Both the position numbers and the translations under genes were made by a program. A model generated the notes under the pieces. That model had not been told where the DNA came from and did not search any database. It worked only from the letters and a program-made list of their open reading frames with translations. Positions 1 through 12,812 of a stretch of DNA of 64,000 bases are shown here, one piece after another (the first letter of the stretch is position 1; every line of letters starts with the position of its first letter). Origin of the DNA: Macrostomum hystrix (lineage: Eukaryota > Animalia > Platyhelminthes). The stretch covers positions 4,340,001-4,404,000 of the forward strand of contig CATNEN010000011.1 of NCBI GenBank assembly GCA_950097015.1. Reading direction: 5' to 3'.

Positions 1-1646
1 AAAACACAAAAAATGTGCGAACTTGTAAACTGTGATTAAATGCGGGTTGATCAGTGGCTCAAAAGTGTAGTAAGAACTTTTAAAAAACACTTTAAGCGCT
101 TTTTGTAGTAATAAACAGTAAAATTCGTGTTGAAAAACACTATCTAGACTACTACTCACAGTAGGACAATAAAGTATGAGAAGTTACTGAGACTGAAATA
201 GATTAAATGACTCCGTAAAAGCAGAAATTAAAATTCGTGCACAAACAGATAATGAGATAAAATTTGATAAGCTTTACTGCGAGGCAAATGAAGAACAATA
301 TCCTGGATTAAAGTGCGATGAAATTCATCCTCTCTCATATCAGTGACATATCAAACGTCATGCACAGATCTCCGCCGATGACAGCAAAACCTGCTAGACC
401 AAAAGCTCAGGTGCTGTGAATTGTACAGCTGAGAGCATCTATAATTAGAAGTCGATTATTTTCAGTCAGTCACCAGTTTTCGGCTCCGCCCAGGTAAAAC
501 CACTCGTGAGTTCTATTGCACTCCAGTCGTAGATACTCATGAATGTCAGTTAAGCCAGGAAGCACTGTGGCTTTAGGAAGGGTTTGAGGTGAGCTTCCCG
601 GCACATTGTTGGTGGCAGAGTCTCTATTGAATGCAAATGTTTGACTTCGATATGCGAAACACTGGGCACTGCTCTGTGTGGTTTTATGGACCAACAGAGT
701 TTGTCTGCATGGTTTAATTCAACTCTAGCAGAGTGGATGGGTGGAGCAGGAGCTGGAGACTTAATTCGGGACAAGTTCCGGGCAAAATACTTTGCAAATG
801 TTTGCTCCCCACAGCTGTCTAAGCTAAATTTGTATTCATAAATTTTTGTTTAGTTATTGCTTGCTTGATGATGTTCAGGTTGTAAATTTGTACTAGAAAA
901 TGTTGCACGCGCACTCTATGTATACATAAGCTTATAGACAGAGCTTGTATAGGCCTCGCAATATTGATTTTTGGATGAAATGAAACTGGTAGGAATTCTT
1001 GCCAATTGTGCGAGTAATAAACTTGTCGAGTTCCTCGAGCCAAAGAATTCGGATCTACTCGCAAAAAAACTTCTAGAATTTCTAAGTAAATTAGGGAATA
1101 ACAGTGCGAGAATCTGTAGCAGAAACTCAAGACAACACACCACTCTAGAACCAGGTAGTTTCTTTACCACAAGAATGAGAACTAAACCAGTTTGCAATTA
1201 TTACACGCCATGCATTTGTACCGACATGTAGGGATATCTTCTCATTATTTTTAATGGGAGTAAAAAGTCAAACGATGAAAAAATGGCCTTAAAAACTATC
1301 TGGGTATGAAACTTGAACTCTAGGAATTCAGCCAAAAGTACATTCAGATAAAATAACGAGCAATGAGAGTCGACCCAGACACAGGTTGTGATAGTACATA
1401 AAACAATCGTGTAATACATGCAGGAAACATTCTGAAATGGCATGAATTATTTAGAGACAAACTGAATAAGCCTGCTAGGCCCACCGACTCTGGACGAGTC
1501 GCGCAAGTTATTCCAGAAACCAGGCGCCAACTAAACTAGGATGCCCTTCTCCCTGCCCTGCAGGTCCGCCTCCATTGGCTGAGTAGCTGAGGGCCAGTCC
1601 CAGACGCCCGCCCGGCTTTGCCAGCCTCAACCGCCGTCAACTGCTA

Positions 1647-2888
1647 ATGCCAGCAGAGAGGAGCATGGCTCAGAGCGTTGACCTAACGACTGGACAGGCT
1701 GCTTCCGAACCGTCACCTTCCAGCGACTGGAATCAGCAGCAGCAGCAGACGCAGCAGCAGCATTTCCAACTAGTGACAGTCCAGATTGAAAAGCAGCCGG
1801 GTCAGGCTTTGGGATTCTACATCCGAGAGGGCGCGGAACAGAGCGGCTCAACCAGCGGCGACTCCCCAGGGATCTACGTCTCGCGACTTAACGAGGCCGG
1901 CGGGGGCAGCGACTGCGGCCTAGTTGTTGGCGATCGTCTGCTGAGCGTGAACGGCGTCGACTTAAGCGCCGCCACCATCGACGACGCCGTCTTGCTGATG
2001 TCAATTCCACGCACACTGCGGCTTCAAGTGGCCAGGCGGAGAGAACCTCAGCAGGGTGAGCTTCAAAATCATCGACTACAGCAGCAAGACCAAGATCAGC
2101 AGCAGTTAAATTCGTCTTATCAAGCCAGGCGGCCTCTATTCGTGCTGCACCCGGCAGCGCAAAGAAATATCGGCGGTGGGAACAACGAAGACGACGAGGA
2201 TAATAACGAAGACTCGGACGAGGAGGACTTGGAAGAGGCTGGGATGCAGCGACAGTTCCGTCGACTCAATCTGCTAGCCGAACAGCAACAGCAGCAGCAA
2301 CAGCAGCACCAACAAAATTTGCTTCAGCACCAGCATCATCATCAGCACCAGCTTCACCAGCATTTGATGGGCTCCGCGGAGGACTCAAACGACAGCGGGC
2401 TGAGCTCGGAAAATTCAGCAAATTCCAGAGAGCCGCTGCAGCCCGAGCAGCAGCATGGAGCGGGGGCCGCTGCGGCGGCCGCACCACCGCAGCAGAGAGC
2501 CGTCCACTTTGCCCCTGACCAGCGACTGGTTCAGGTCCTGCCAACCAGTGAAGTCGCTGCCGCCTCCTCATCGTCCGGATTTTTAAGACGCATGGTCCAA
2601 TCGAGATCACCTTCGATTGAGTTGCGTGACACCGGTGTGCAATGTGACGACACAATTCAGCAGCAGCAGCTACTGCAGCAGCAGCAGCAGCAGCGGCTAC
2701 AACTTCAGATGCAGATTCAGCAACAACAGCAGCAGCATCAGCAGCAGCATCAGTTCTTACACTATCAACAGCTTGAAGCAGCGCGGAGATGGTACTGGGA
2801 TGCCAACTCGCAGTCCCATCCGCAGCCGCAGCCGCCGCCTCTTCTGTTGGACCCAGCAGCATATGGACCGGCAGCTTCTGCGTCTCTT

Positions 2889-2924
<36 letters not shown>

Positions 2925-2937
2925 TTAAGACATTACG
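1647..2937 (+). CDS. syd-1: Syd-1/RhoGAP100F-like protein, exon 1 (PDZ domain plus poly-Gln/acidic low-complexity region)
   Basis: PDZ motif LGFYIREG...GIYVSRL...VGDRLLSVNGVD...DDAVLLMSIPRTLRL, typical of invertebrate Syd-1. Donor G|GTGAGT at 2937/2938 is phase 1 and matches the phase-1 acceptor at 8679. Upstream acceptor-like tract ttctccctgccctgcag near 1546-1564. Confidence 0.9.
2080..2925 (+). repeat. Coding CAG/CAA (poly-Gln) and CAT/CAC (poly-His) microsatellite tracts
   Basis: Several (CAG)n runs, e.g. 2680-2750 and 2889-2923, inside exon 1. Confidence 0.9.
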
Positions 2938-3166
2938 GTGAGTTGACTGATTCAATAAGACCTCATTGGGTGTCCTAATTAGTTAAGAGCATCCTTAAAT
3001 GACAAGCACTTAGAAACAATAACTTCGCGTGACTAAAGTACTAATTAACCAAATGATTCACCGGAACACGCCTTTTTGTTCCCTATTGAGTCACTGATTT
3101 TACAACGCATTCAAGCTTTAGAGAGAATGCCATAGAGAGAGTGATATGAGATTACACAACTGCGTG

Positions 3167-3246
3167 CACAGATTCTATATTACCTGTGATATAGAATATA
3201 GAATCTGTAATATAGAATATATTCTATAGGTAATATACAATCTGTG
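3167..3246. mobile_element. 80-bp mini-MITE with 19-bp TIRs and 8-bp TSD (P- or hAT-type)
   Basis: TIR cacagattctatattacct (3167-3185) versus aggtaatatacaatctgtg (3228-3246), 18/19 match. Direct repeat actgcgtg at 3159-3166 and 3247-3254. Confidence 0.8.
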
Positions 3247-4994
3247 ACTGCGTGAGTGTAATAGGTCAAGGTCAAGGACTATGAAAGTATTGATGTGTTA
3301 TTGCCCACAGCCGCCTTGAAAGTAATTTTGAATTTTGTTTATATTTTCGAACTACGACACTAGCGTTTCTCAATGTTCGGTGTTCGGTTTTATATTTTCG
3401 TATCACTAATTTAAGGTTTCTAAAGTTTAGTAAAACATCGAGACAAGATAAACACGGCGCAGTGCTATTTTTAAGACATGAAAAATTGCTAGCGAAAGCC
3501 TTGCGGGCCTTTGAAACGTGACAATTAATGCCCAGATTGGCAAAATTTATCTTATGCTTCGTTGAGTCCTCTGAAATTCGCCCGCAGGCTGCGGGAAAAA
3601 AAGTGGAACTTCGAGTTTGTCTCATCGGGTATGGGATATTGATAGACACTGGGAGGACAGAACAGAGGATAGGATTTAGAGGGCCACCGCCTCACTGCCT
3701 GCCTCTTTGAATTATCCCTGTCAAAGCCTTAGCCGCACCAGGTCTGAAAATGGAATTGAGAAACGCGGTAGGGGCTTGAGCTGAGTAAGCAGATCCTCAT
3801 TCGCCCTTATTAGCGACGACGGCTGAAGCGAGTTGGCTCGGCTAGACAATCTACTTAGACGGCGAAAGGGCATTGGGGGAGGTCTCTGGGCCCTTGTGTT
3901 TTGATGAAGGAAGATAACTCGGCGTAGAAACATACAGTACTGGCAACAAACTGCTCAAGAGAGAGAGGCGGGTCTGTGCGAGTGCACTAAGCCGTGTCAA
4001 ATGAGCCAAGGTGCTTGAGAAGCCTAGCTTCACCTATAGGCCAGCTGAGCAATATTTGAGCAGAGGCTCACCCAGCCATCTGCAACTTAGTGCCAGCTTC
4101 TCGCTCCCATTTTATGCCTGTTATTTTCCCAGAGGGGATTCAGCATCTTACAGTCTCCCTCTTCTTCTGCGACAAAAAAGTAGAGAAAAAGCTGGCACTT
4201 TCCAGTTTTTTTCCTGCCACTGTTCCAGTGTGCAGGCCTGAGTGGAGGAAGAAATCATATTAGGGCCTGCGGACTGCGACCTCGAGTCAAGTCGAGCACT
4301 GGAGACTGATGAAGAGAGGCGAAGAGAGACGGAAGGGTAGAGAGGGCAGATTTGGAAAGCTGAGTGGGTGCAGCTCGCCCCTACTTTATGAGGCCTGCCA
4401 ATCCTTTCACGTTAGTTTTATAACTCGCACGCGTCGAAACGGGCTGCAGCTACTGACTATTTTTGGTAGAGCCGCATTGCATAAGACGGAGTATAGGGTG
4501 CTAATGGATGCTGTCTGTCCATCTCCCTAGTGGGTTCGCGATTCTAAATAGCTCAGCTAGACTGAAGTCCGTATGGAGATGAAGGATGTGTACTTTAGTT
4601 CATTGGAGAACACTCGATTTGCATTTTTATCTAGAGAACCGGATTTTATTCAGGATCAATGTGTGCACCGAATTCTGATGAATAGTCAACTCAACTGGTT
4701 TTTTTCAGGCTTATGTAAAATGCGACGATAATCAAAGTGACTCAAAGTGAATGCACAATTTTAAGGGACGAAGCTGCGTTCTGGGTGACAAACTACAAGT
4801 ACATTCTGAATTACAAAGTATCAGTCTAAATGAAAAAGTAACAGTCTAACGATAAAGTGTCATTCTCAATAACAAATTGTCATTCTGTATCATTCTGTAT
4901 ACATACGCTGATATAGAGCATTAGTCGACACCATGTACTCAATCCTATTTTTTCAAGATCAAAATTTCCGAGCGAATCGAAAAACGTGTTTTTC

Positions 4995-5008
4995 GTTGCC
5001 ATGGCAAC
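4995..5008. promoter_or_regulatory. Perfect RFX X-box palindrome GTTGCCATGGCAAC in syd-1 intron 1
   Basis: Exact 14-bp consensus seen; function not shown. Confidence 0.4.
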
Positions 5009-7463
5009 CAAACAACGCGTCATTGACAACGAAACATACCTGTCCTGAAAGGCCTAGGTGTTTGACACCTTTTAGCGAATACCGCGTCCCTTTGCTGCGC
5101 AGCGTTTTGAAATGGCGACAGTGAGAATTTGAAAAAGGTAGTTTTTACTGTGCGTAGAATTGATACTTAATCTTATCAAGGATGGGTTAATTCACCTTCG
5201 CTTCGCTCGGCTTCCCCTTGGTCCTTGCTGGCTCACCCATCCCGCAACTAGTTCACGGACTGAGATACCAAATACTAGAAGGGGACTACATTATTTTAAT
5301 CTAGAAGTGGGCACATTATTCCCGCATTATCGATCGATTAAACTGCGATGCGTCGTTTCAAAGTGGGTTTTTAAAAAAAGCTGAACTAAAAACGAAGTGT
5401 CCATTAAAAAGGAGAAAAAATATGCGCATATTTTTATATAGACAGAAAACTAGACAAACTATACCTAGCCCGGATAGGCCAAATCTACAGCTTGTGGTAC
5501 AGTCGCAGCAGTTAACAAACGCAGCTGTGTACAGATATTCAGTCCATGGACTGAGGCGAGTCGCCACACCAATCCAAAATTCTGCTAAATAAATTTCAGA
5601 GCAAATCGTTTCTATTGATCTTAGATTCAAACGTCCGACGATTATCCTACTGCGTAGAAAAATTAATCACTTCCCATTCTGAGAAGAGCTCCATAGTACT
5701 TTTATAATCCTGCACTAGTAATTTAATAAAGTAATTAGCTTGAAAAGATCATTCTGAAAAAATATATTGTTTAGCATTTCAATCAGCTATAGGAGCTATA
5801 TAGGCATTATAAAATATACACTAGATAGTGGAGCAGTGGCAAACAGATAAGACCTTATCTCATCTGCCAGAGGCGGGGCACCCTGCACTGGATGGAATAC
5901 CGATGTGCGCAGAGCAGACCACGGGGCTGAGCAAGGGATTTACGACTCAGTGACCCCTGACGGAATCCGAGATGCGACAGAGGCGATAGGGGACTAAGTC
6001 TGGCTCCAATTCTCCCATCCTTTCCGTCTCTCAAGTTAGTTTTTTTCTTCCTTCAACTCACCATCGAGCTCATTTTCTTCAATCTCATTTTTTCTTATTT
6101 GTATTGGCCTGACTATAAAATACGCCACAGCAGCATCAGCAGCAGCAGCAGCTGCCTTAGTTTTATTAGCTGACAGATCGAATTTATATAGAGGCTCAAG
6201 CTAAAATAAACAAAGTTGAGGGGGACTTTTGTCCATCATCATTAGGGAGTGTGAATCGAACGTCTATTTATCGATCGACAGATCAATATTGCAAAGCAGT
6301 GAGCAGTGGCTAGCATTTGACACCTCTAGAGTTTGACACCATCTGTGCTTATAAAACCAGACGCGACGAAAGAACCAAAAAGAAATCTTGCTAACCATAT
6401 TTACTGTTTCATTGTCTATAGACGTGGATTCACTTTGTTCGTAGATGCAAAGTATAGATTCACATGTTTGTTCTCCTTCGCCTCAACCAACAAAACTCCC
6501 AGTACAATCGTTACTAAAGCTCCTTCATAAATTATTCAAACCTTTGTAGCTCGTACTTTATAATTTATAGTCTACTTAATTATGGATACAATAGCTATTG
6601 GTGCTGTTAAGTTGATCATCCTCTACCAGTTCTCTTCTGACATCGTTAATTAGACCTGTATACAACTGCAACTTTAGCATCACAGGCAGTAACTGTCCAG
6701 TGTGTTTTTTCTACCGAAGACCCAATAATAATTGTAGCATTGCGCGTGTTAGATATAATACAAGCTCACAATGTCAACCTTGTCTGCATACAAACTTTTT
6801 GCAAAGCCACTGATAGCTCAAACAAGGATTATCCTAGACTTCGAAGGCCTACGAGCAATAATCGTGAATAGAAAAAACGATCGACTTTGAAAAAATAAAA
6901 GTCATAGAACAAACAAAATCTCATGTGGTGAAATATTAATTAGTTCTGAAATTGTTTAAAGGTGCTTATTGAAATAGCACAAAAAGCAGTAGTCAGGTTG
7001 GAACGAGTATAGTAAGTCAGACACTGTCTTTAAGAAGTATTTGACAAAGTCATCATTTGCTTCTCCTGAAAATCTGAGAGCTATTAAGTTGAACCAGTTA
7101 GTTAAAAGGAGATTAAAACTAGAATTATTGAACAGCAAGAAGCCTGCAGGGGCACTTCAAGTTGACCACTTGAAATATGCATTCTCTTCTAAAATCAGCA
7201 GTACGTGGGCCGCCAACGGTCTCTAGACAGCTTTAGTGTTGCAGGAAACTGCTCAGAGTCCATTGAGCAGCCGCACTTACAGCGATCTGACAGCAGCTGA
7301 CAAAGTGCTCCACCTTCCACACCACCCTGACCTCCGAGCTACAATTGGTACTCTAGTCAGAATTCCAGACTGCCGGCCCGGCATTGTAATGCGGATTCCG
7401 GCCCAGAACCAAGGATTAGGGCTTCTATGAATATCTGCTGAGTTCTACTATATTGGCTGTAAG

Positions 7464-7858
7464 TAAGGTGAAATCAGTCAGTAAGGTGTCGGACTCTGGA
7501 TCAGATGGTCCTGGGTTCGACTCCCGACCTAGTCTAGAACTATTCGTGCAGCCTTTGGCAAGCTGCTTTGCCCTGATGTGCACACAGTCTACTCAGCTGC
7601 AAATGAGTACCGACATTTCGTCGGGTAATAATAATTCCGGCTGGCGTGGAATAAAGCAGTTCTGTGCGGCAATTCTGTGGGGTTTGGATGCTGCCGATAT
7701 GTTTGGAAAAATAAATTCCATTGCTGACACGCGGCTGTCAACCGGTGTCCGAGAGAGCCGGGGAGTACAATAGGTGTGCAGTCCCCACCTGCTAGTGTGC
7801 CTGACACACAACACCTGCACTGGCCCTTGAGTCTAGTGTCAATTATTATTATTATTAT
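7464..7858 (+). mobile_element. tRNA-derived SINE
   Basis: tRNA-like head with A-box-like tcagtcagtaagg and B box gggttcgactccc; central cctttggcaag...cagtctactcagctgcaaatgagtacc block; (ATT)n tail at 7841-7858. Confidence 0.75.
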
Positions 7859-8678
7859 ATACTAGCTGCGAAGGATGGCTTTGAGTGTTAAGAAAACAAG
7901 CTTCTTTTGTTGGCTATGTTTTATGTTTTCCTCTTTGATCGAATCATATTTTTATAATTTAATGTTAAACGAGAAGCTTGGAACAAGTGTCCTAAAGCTC
8001 GGTGGAACAGAGCTCTGTACTCGTTGTGTCCAGAATTCTGCCCATGTTACAGAAAATCTGGTTCAGGCTAAGGCTTAGACATGCTGTGGACTGGCCCTAA
8101 GGCACAAGACAGGACAAGAATTAATGCTTCCTGTAATCCTGATCAAACAGAAGGATTAGCATACTGTATTGTTTATTCATCTGCTTCTCATTTGTAAGGC
8201 CTCTTTGTAGCCGCCTTAGTTACCAACTCTTTTGTTGCGAATCGATCCAACGAAACAATCTAGTACTAGAAGCCCTCATTAAGCATTGTGTCCAAATAGG
8301 AAAAAAGTATATATATTTTCAAATGAATGCTGCGCGGATAGGAAAGGCTTACTGCAGGTCGATGGTAAACTGGAATATTGCAAAGTCAAATATGACAAAT
8401 TTGATAATATAAAAAACACCATCAGACTGTTATTTAATTTAAGCAACCATAAGCTCCGTCCAATTTCTTCGTGCGATTGCGGCACTAAAAAACTCTCTCG
8501 AGAGACGGCATGTTTTTGCACCCTAAAGTATTGAAACATGCGAACTTAACAGGAAATTAGCATAAGAAAATTCAAGCTATATCTGCTGAAAAAAATCTAT
8601 TTCAAGGCCACGATATATGAGTAAGAAATAGCCTAAGGAAAAACTAACTACAGAAATAATTGTCTCCTCCAATTTCAG

Positions 8679-9701
8679 CGTTAGCAGCCGCCGCCACAGA
8701 GCGGCACCAGGACTTCTGGCCGCAGCTGGACTTTCTCTACGACGACTGCGGCCCCTCAGTGGAGCCGGCTGTTGCCGCTGCTGCCACCGCGACAAACGCA
8801 GCAGTCCCGCCGCCTCTGCCGGCGCACAGACGAATGATATCCACAGCAGCGGCGTCCTCCCAACAGGGCCAGCCGCAGCTGCAGCGCTCGTCGTCGGCGA
8901 AGCTGCGCGTCAAGGACTGGGAACTGGCTCGGCTGTCGGCTCGGCTCAGTCAGCTCGATTTCAGAGCTTGCTCATCGGAGCGAAGCAGTGCCGCGGCTGC
9001 TGCGACTGCTGCCGGAAGCAGCGCCAGCGGCGGCATCGTCGGCTTTGACGGCCTGATTCGACTGCACCTGATCGCCGGCGCGGGTCTCCAATCGTCGCAG
9101 TCGCTGCTGCGCGATCTTTACTGCCAGGTCGAGCTGGACGCAGCGAGAGTTGGTCGTTCGATGATTCGCACCGGCACGGACTGCTTCGAATGGGACGAGC
9201 AGTTTGACCTGCTCTGCACTGGAGCGCTAAGCCTTGGACTGCTGCTGTACCAGTGGGACCCGCGATCTCAGCACAGGCTGTGTTTCTATGGCAACCTGAG
9301 CTTGGCCGGCCTGCTGGCCGCATGCCGGCAACGCGGCTCTCGCACTGATCGCCTGGCATTGGCGATGGAGCCGCGGGGGCAGCTCTACCTGCAGGCCTCA
9401 TTTCTCACCCTACCGGAGGCGATGGCGCGCAATCCGGTTTCCATCTCCGGAGCCGGTTGTGGTGGTGGCGCTGTTTTCGGCGTCGCCTTGGAAACCTTAG
9501 CCAGGCGCGAGCGATGCCACGTACCAATCCTGGTGCGTCGATGCATCGCCGAGATCGATAGGCGGGGCCTGGACTGTCCGGGCATCTACCGGGTGTGCGC
9601 GTCTGCGTCAGTCAAGGCTCCCCTGCGGCTGGCTTTCGAGAGAAATCCGCGCGAGGCGGACCTTTCACAAGAGATAGTGCCTGACATTCACGCCATCACT
9701 G
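8679..9701 (+). CDS. syd-1: Syd-1-like protein, exon 2 (C2 domain and N-terminal RhoGAP)
   Basis: Acceptor tttcag|CG at 8678/8679. C2: GLIRLHLIAGAGL...LYCQVELD...FEWDEQF. RhoGAP: VFGVALETL...VPILVRRCIAEIDRRGL..PGIYRV. Donor G|GTGAGA at 9701/9702, phase 1. Confidence 0.93.
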
Positions 9702-10444
9702 GTGAGACTTTGGGGAAAGTAGAACTACGCTCGTACTACTGGGGGAATGAATTCTCCCCTGACAATTTTTTGCTGCACCCGAACGGAGCAAAGCAAGCAC
9801 AAGAAACTCAAGAGCTTGGGTCAACTTTTCATTGCGCATCTCTTAAAACAATAATAAAGTCGCCAGCTCTTCAGACCGTCGAGATATTCAATGGTTATGA
9901 CCGAAGGTCCGCTTTTTCCAATAAGCGATGGTGTATTTCATACACCCCTATACACAAATTAGCACTGCGCCCCAGTGCGAACTTGCCAGGCCTTCAAAAT
10001 TTATCAGCATGTCACCTGAATGTGCCTGCATCATCTCCGTCTTCGGTGGTCACCTACATTTTGTTCTAGACGGACTGCTGGACCTTTAAGGGCTACAACA
10101 ATCGACACCCTGACGCGAATTTCTCCAATGTCACAAATCAAGCTACTTAACCACAGGACACCATCGCCTAGTCTGCCGACCAATCAGTCATCACCCAACG
10201 CTGACAGCATTTATGCGCTATCAAAAACATTGTCAGGGGCAGGAAATGTCCTACTTGTTGTCCTAAATGGCTTGGTAGTCCTACTATTAAAGAAGAAGTT
10301 TTAGACGGCAAAATGTGTGGCATATATGATTTTTTTATCTATACTTTTTCATAGCTATAATTATTCTAAAAATAATTTTCAAGTCCGAATCTTAAACAAC
10401 AGGGCAAACAGAACGAGTAAAAAATAAACTTAAATCGCATTCAG

Positions 10445-10605
10445 GTGTTCTGAAGGACTTCCTGTGCGAGCTGCCGGAACCTGTTTGCACGAATGCGCTT
10501 TACCGGATGCTACTGGACGCTGCTCACGTGCGGATGCCGGGCGATCCGCAGGGCAGTGTGCGACTCATGCTCAGCATTCTCGATTGCTTGCCTGCGCCAA
10601 ATCAG
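10445..10605 (+). CDS. syd-1: Syd-1-like protein, exon 3 (RhoGAP core; not in the ORF track)
   Basis: attcag|GT GTT CTG AAG GAC... translates (G)VLKDFLCELPEPVCTNALYRMLLDAAHVRMPGDPQGSVRLMLSILDCLPAPNQ. Donor CAG|GTAATT, phase 0. Confidence 0.93.
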
Positions 10606-12439
10606 GTAATTATATAACTGATTAGGTAAACGACAATTTTAATTATTTGTGTAGTCTAAGAGCTAAATCGTATAAGCCACTTACTCTCTATGGATTTAGT
10701 TAACAAGCAGAACCCAATTGAATTAGCAGAGTGAAATAAAAGGTTCACGTGAATACTGAGCCTAATCTTCTCGATTAAGAAGCCACAAAAATGTTTAGAA
10801 GTTTGTTTTTAGTAGGATTTCAATCTTGCAGAGGAAGTAATTAGTTAAGTTGGAACGAGTTCGACTGGAAGATGTAGGTCTTTGGCAGGCTGAGTTGCTT
10901 TGAAAAAGAACGCCGCAAACCCAATGTAGGTTTTTTTCAGAGCAGGAAATCCGGTCCAGAAGAGCATGCGCAGTCTTGGCGCCTGAGGCTCAGACAGCTG
11001 GGCCTCTAGCTGTAATTATTGTATTTGCAACCGCAGCTCTGGTTAAGTCACAGTGCCAGTAACAGGCCAACTTATCAGAGCCGATTCTCCCGACTTCACG
11101 TCGCGGCTAAAGAGTGCGCTTAGGAGGAAAATCCGATCAATTTGTCCTAAATCTGTTCCAGCTCATCTGGGATCCTATCAATTAACTTCCCTTTTTTAGT
11201 AGGCTGCCCGGACTGAGAAAGGCACTTAATACCCGCCTTCTTTTCTGCCTTTGACGGGAGCTCAATGATGCGTGTGTCAGTCACCGCTACAAAACGCACA
11301 GCCTTCTCTCTTAGAAGCCGCATATATGGCTACACGGATGATAATAAGATGAAAGCAGACAGCAATGCCAGCCGGTTGTGACTCAAGCTCAACGCAAAGT
11401 TTATCTATCGGAGGCGGGGCTAAACAGAACGGCCGGGCGACAAATTTGATGAGGTACCGGGGCTATGACCAGCTGAGGTTGGAAAATGAAGTAAAGAAAG
11501 AAAGAAGCTGCACTTCTCGCTAAAGAGAGAGCTGGAGAGAGAAAAAGGGGGAAATTCTCAATCACGCGAGCAAGCCCCCGGTTGTCTCATCCCGCGGTGT
11601 TCCGGTGGCCCTGCAGAGAGCCTTTACCCCCTCCCACTACCCCACGGACTGCTCTAGTGGGAGGTGCAGCATCAAATCGATGCAGCTCTCACATCGGGCG
11701 GGTGGGCCTGAGCTACCACTGCGCGCGTGGGTACACAGGCAGGCAGTCCTCAGCGGAGAAGCCACGAACAATCGATGAGATTCGTACCAGCTGAGGCGGA
11801 TGGGAGTAGGGCAAGCGGTTGGAGGAGTATTAAAGGCAGCTGAGAAGGATGGGGAAGGGGATCTCGTTAATCTTAGCGGTGGCCGCAGCACCTGAGGATG
11901 AGCTGCTTGGGTGAGTAAAAGCCGGAGCAGCTTTGGGAGTCGGACTGCTGAAGTCCGATGGGATCCTATTTGTGACGAGCCTTCAAAAATATACTTAGAC
12001 CAGTGCGAGTCGTGTTGGGGTAAAGGCAGAAAGACAAAAACACATGGATTAAATCTTGAGTAGATATCTTCGCACTGGTCAGTTCTTTTACCCCCAATAT
12101 ATCACTTGGATTTTGTTCGATTTGAAATCGAACAAAATCAACGGCAAATACTGAAGGCTAAAGTGTAGTATCGACAGCCGCTGCCTGTTGAACAAACGAA
12201 TCGCTCTAACGGACAGGGAAAGTTTGGGCCTTGAGCCTGTATCGAGTCCCAGATGGCTCAGAATGATTGATGAATCTTGGGTGGGCTTCTAGATAGAAAT
12301 TCTCGACACGAAGAGCTTTTCACATGCGCAGTGCTTCCGTATGCACAGAACAGAAGTTACTGTTTTGAGCAGATTTACTCAAAGAGGGATTCGACGAGAC
12401 TTGAAAGCTAGAAAAAAGCAATTCTGCCCATTCCGCTGA

Positions 12440-12704
12440 TATTGAGCACACAGGCACACAGATACCGTACGTAGACACACGCTCACACAGGTTTGTACAT
12501 CTGCCCTGACTTACTGATCATCAGGAAGTGTAAACTTTCACTGCGCCTTGGAGAATGGCCCGACAAAAGGGCTTAAATTGCATGACAAGCCCTCAAGCCT
12601 TTGCGGCTGCGCCCCAAATGAATGTTGCCTCGCCGTGGAATCGAGCTTAGAGAAATTTGTGCGAGAGGCAAACGCCTTAACCGCGCTCCAATCCTCAACA
12701 CCTC
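12440..12704 (-). mobile_element. tRNA-derived SINE, family also present at 16285-16500
   Basis: Minus strand: A-box-like tggagcgcggttaagg, B-box-like gctcgattcc. Body (…gggcagatgta…ctgtgtgagcgtgtg…tatctgtgtg) is clearly homologous to 16285-16500. Confidence 0.65.
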
Positions 12705-12812
12705 GCGGAACATTTTACAAAGAAGTTTATCTATCAGAAACTTAGCTTGTGCCAATCCAAAGACTTCGAGAAGCATGCAAGCCAGGCACCCAAATTTTCT
12801 TGTAACCCGCAG

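Noticed and set aside
470-1443. Short ORFs upstream of syd-1
   Set aside because: No recognisable domain or consistent splice chain.
2266-2955. Antisense poly-Ala ORF and poly-Ser alternative frame
   Set aside because: Shadows of the CAG-rich syd-1 exon.
3600-4340. Possible hammerhead cores (ctgatgaagagaggcgaa near 4306; reverse-strand ccgatgagacaaactcgaag near 3610-3630)
   Set aside because: No proper stem II, GAAA or flanking stems. An Infernal search with hammerhead models would settle it.
5823-6005. Possible tRNA/SINE head or HDV-like ribozyme
   Set aside because: A-box-like start and one hairpin, but no B box, tail or nested pseudoknot could be built.
9702-10069. C-terminal 120 aa of the 469-aa ORF
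   Set aside because: Read-through into intron 2; the RhoGAP continues in exon 10445-10605 with matching phase.
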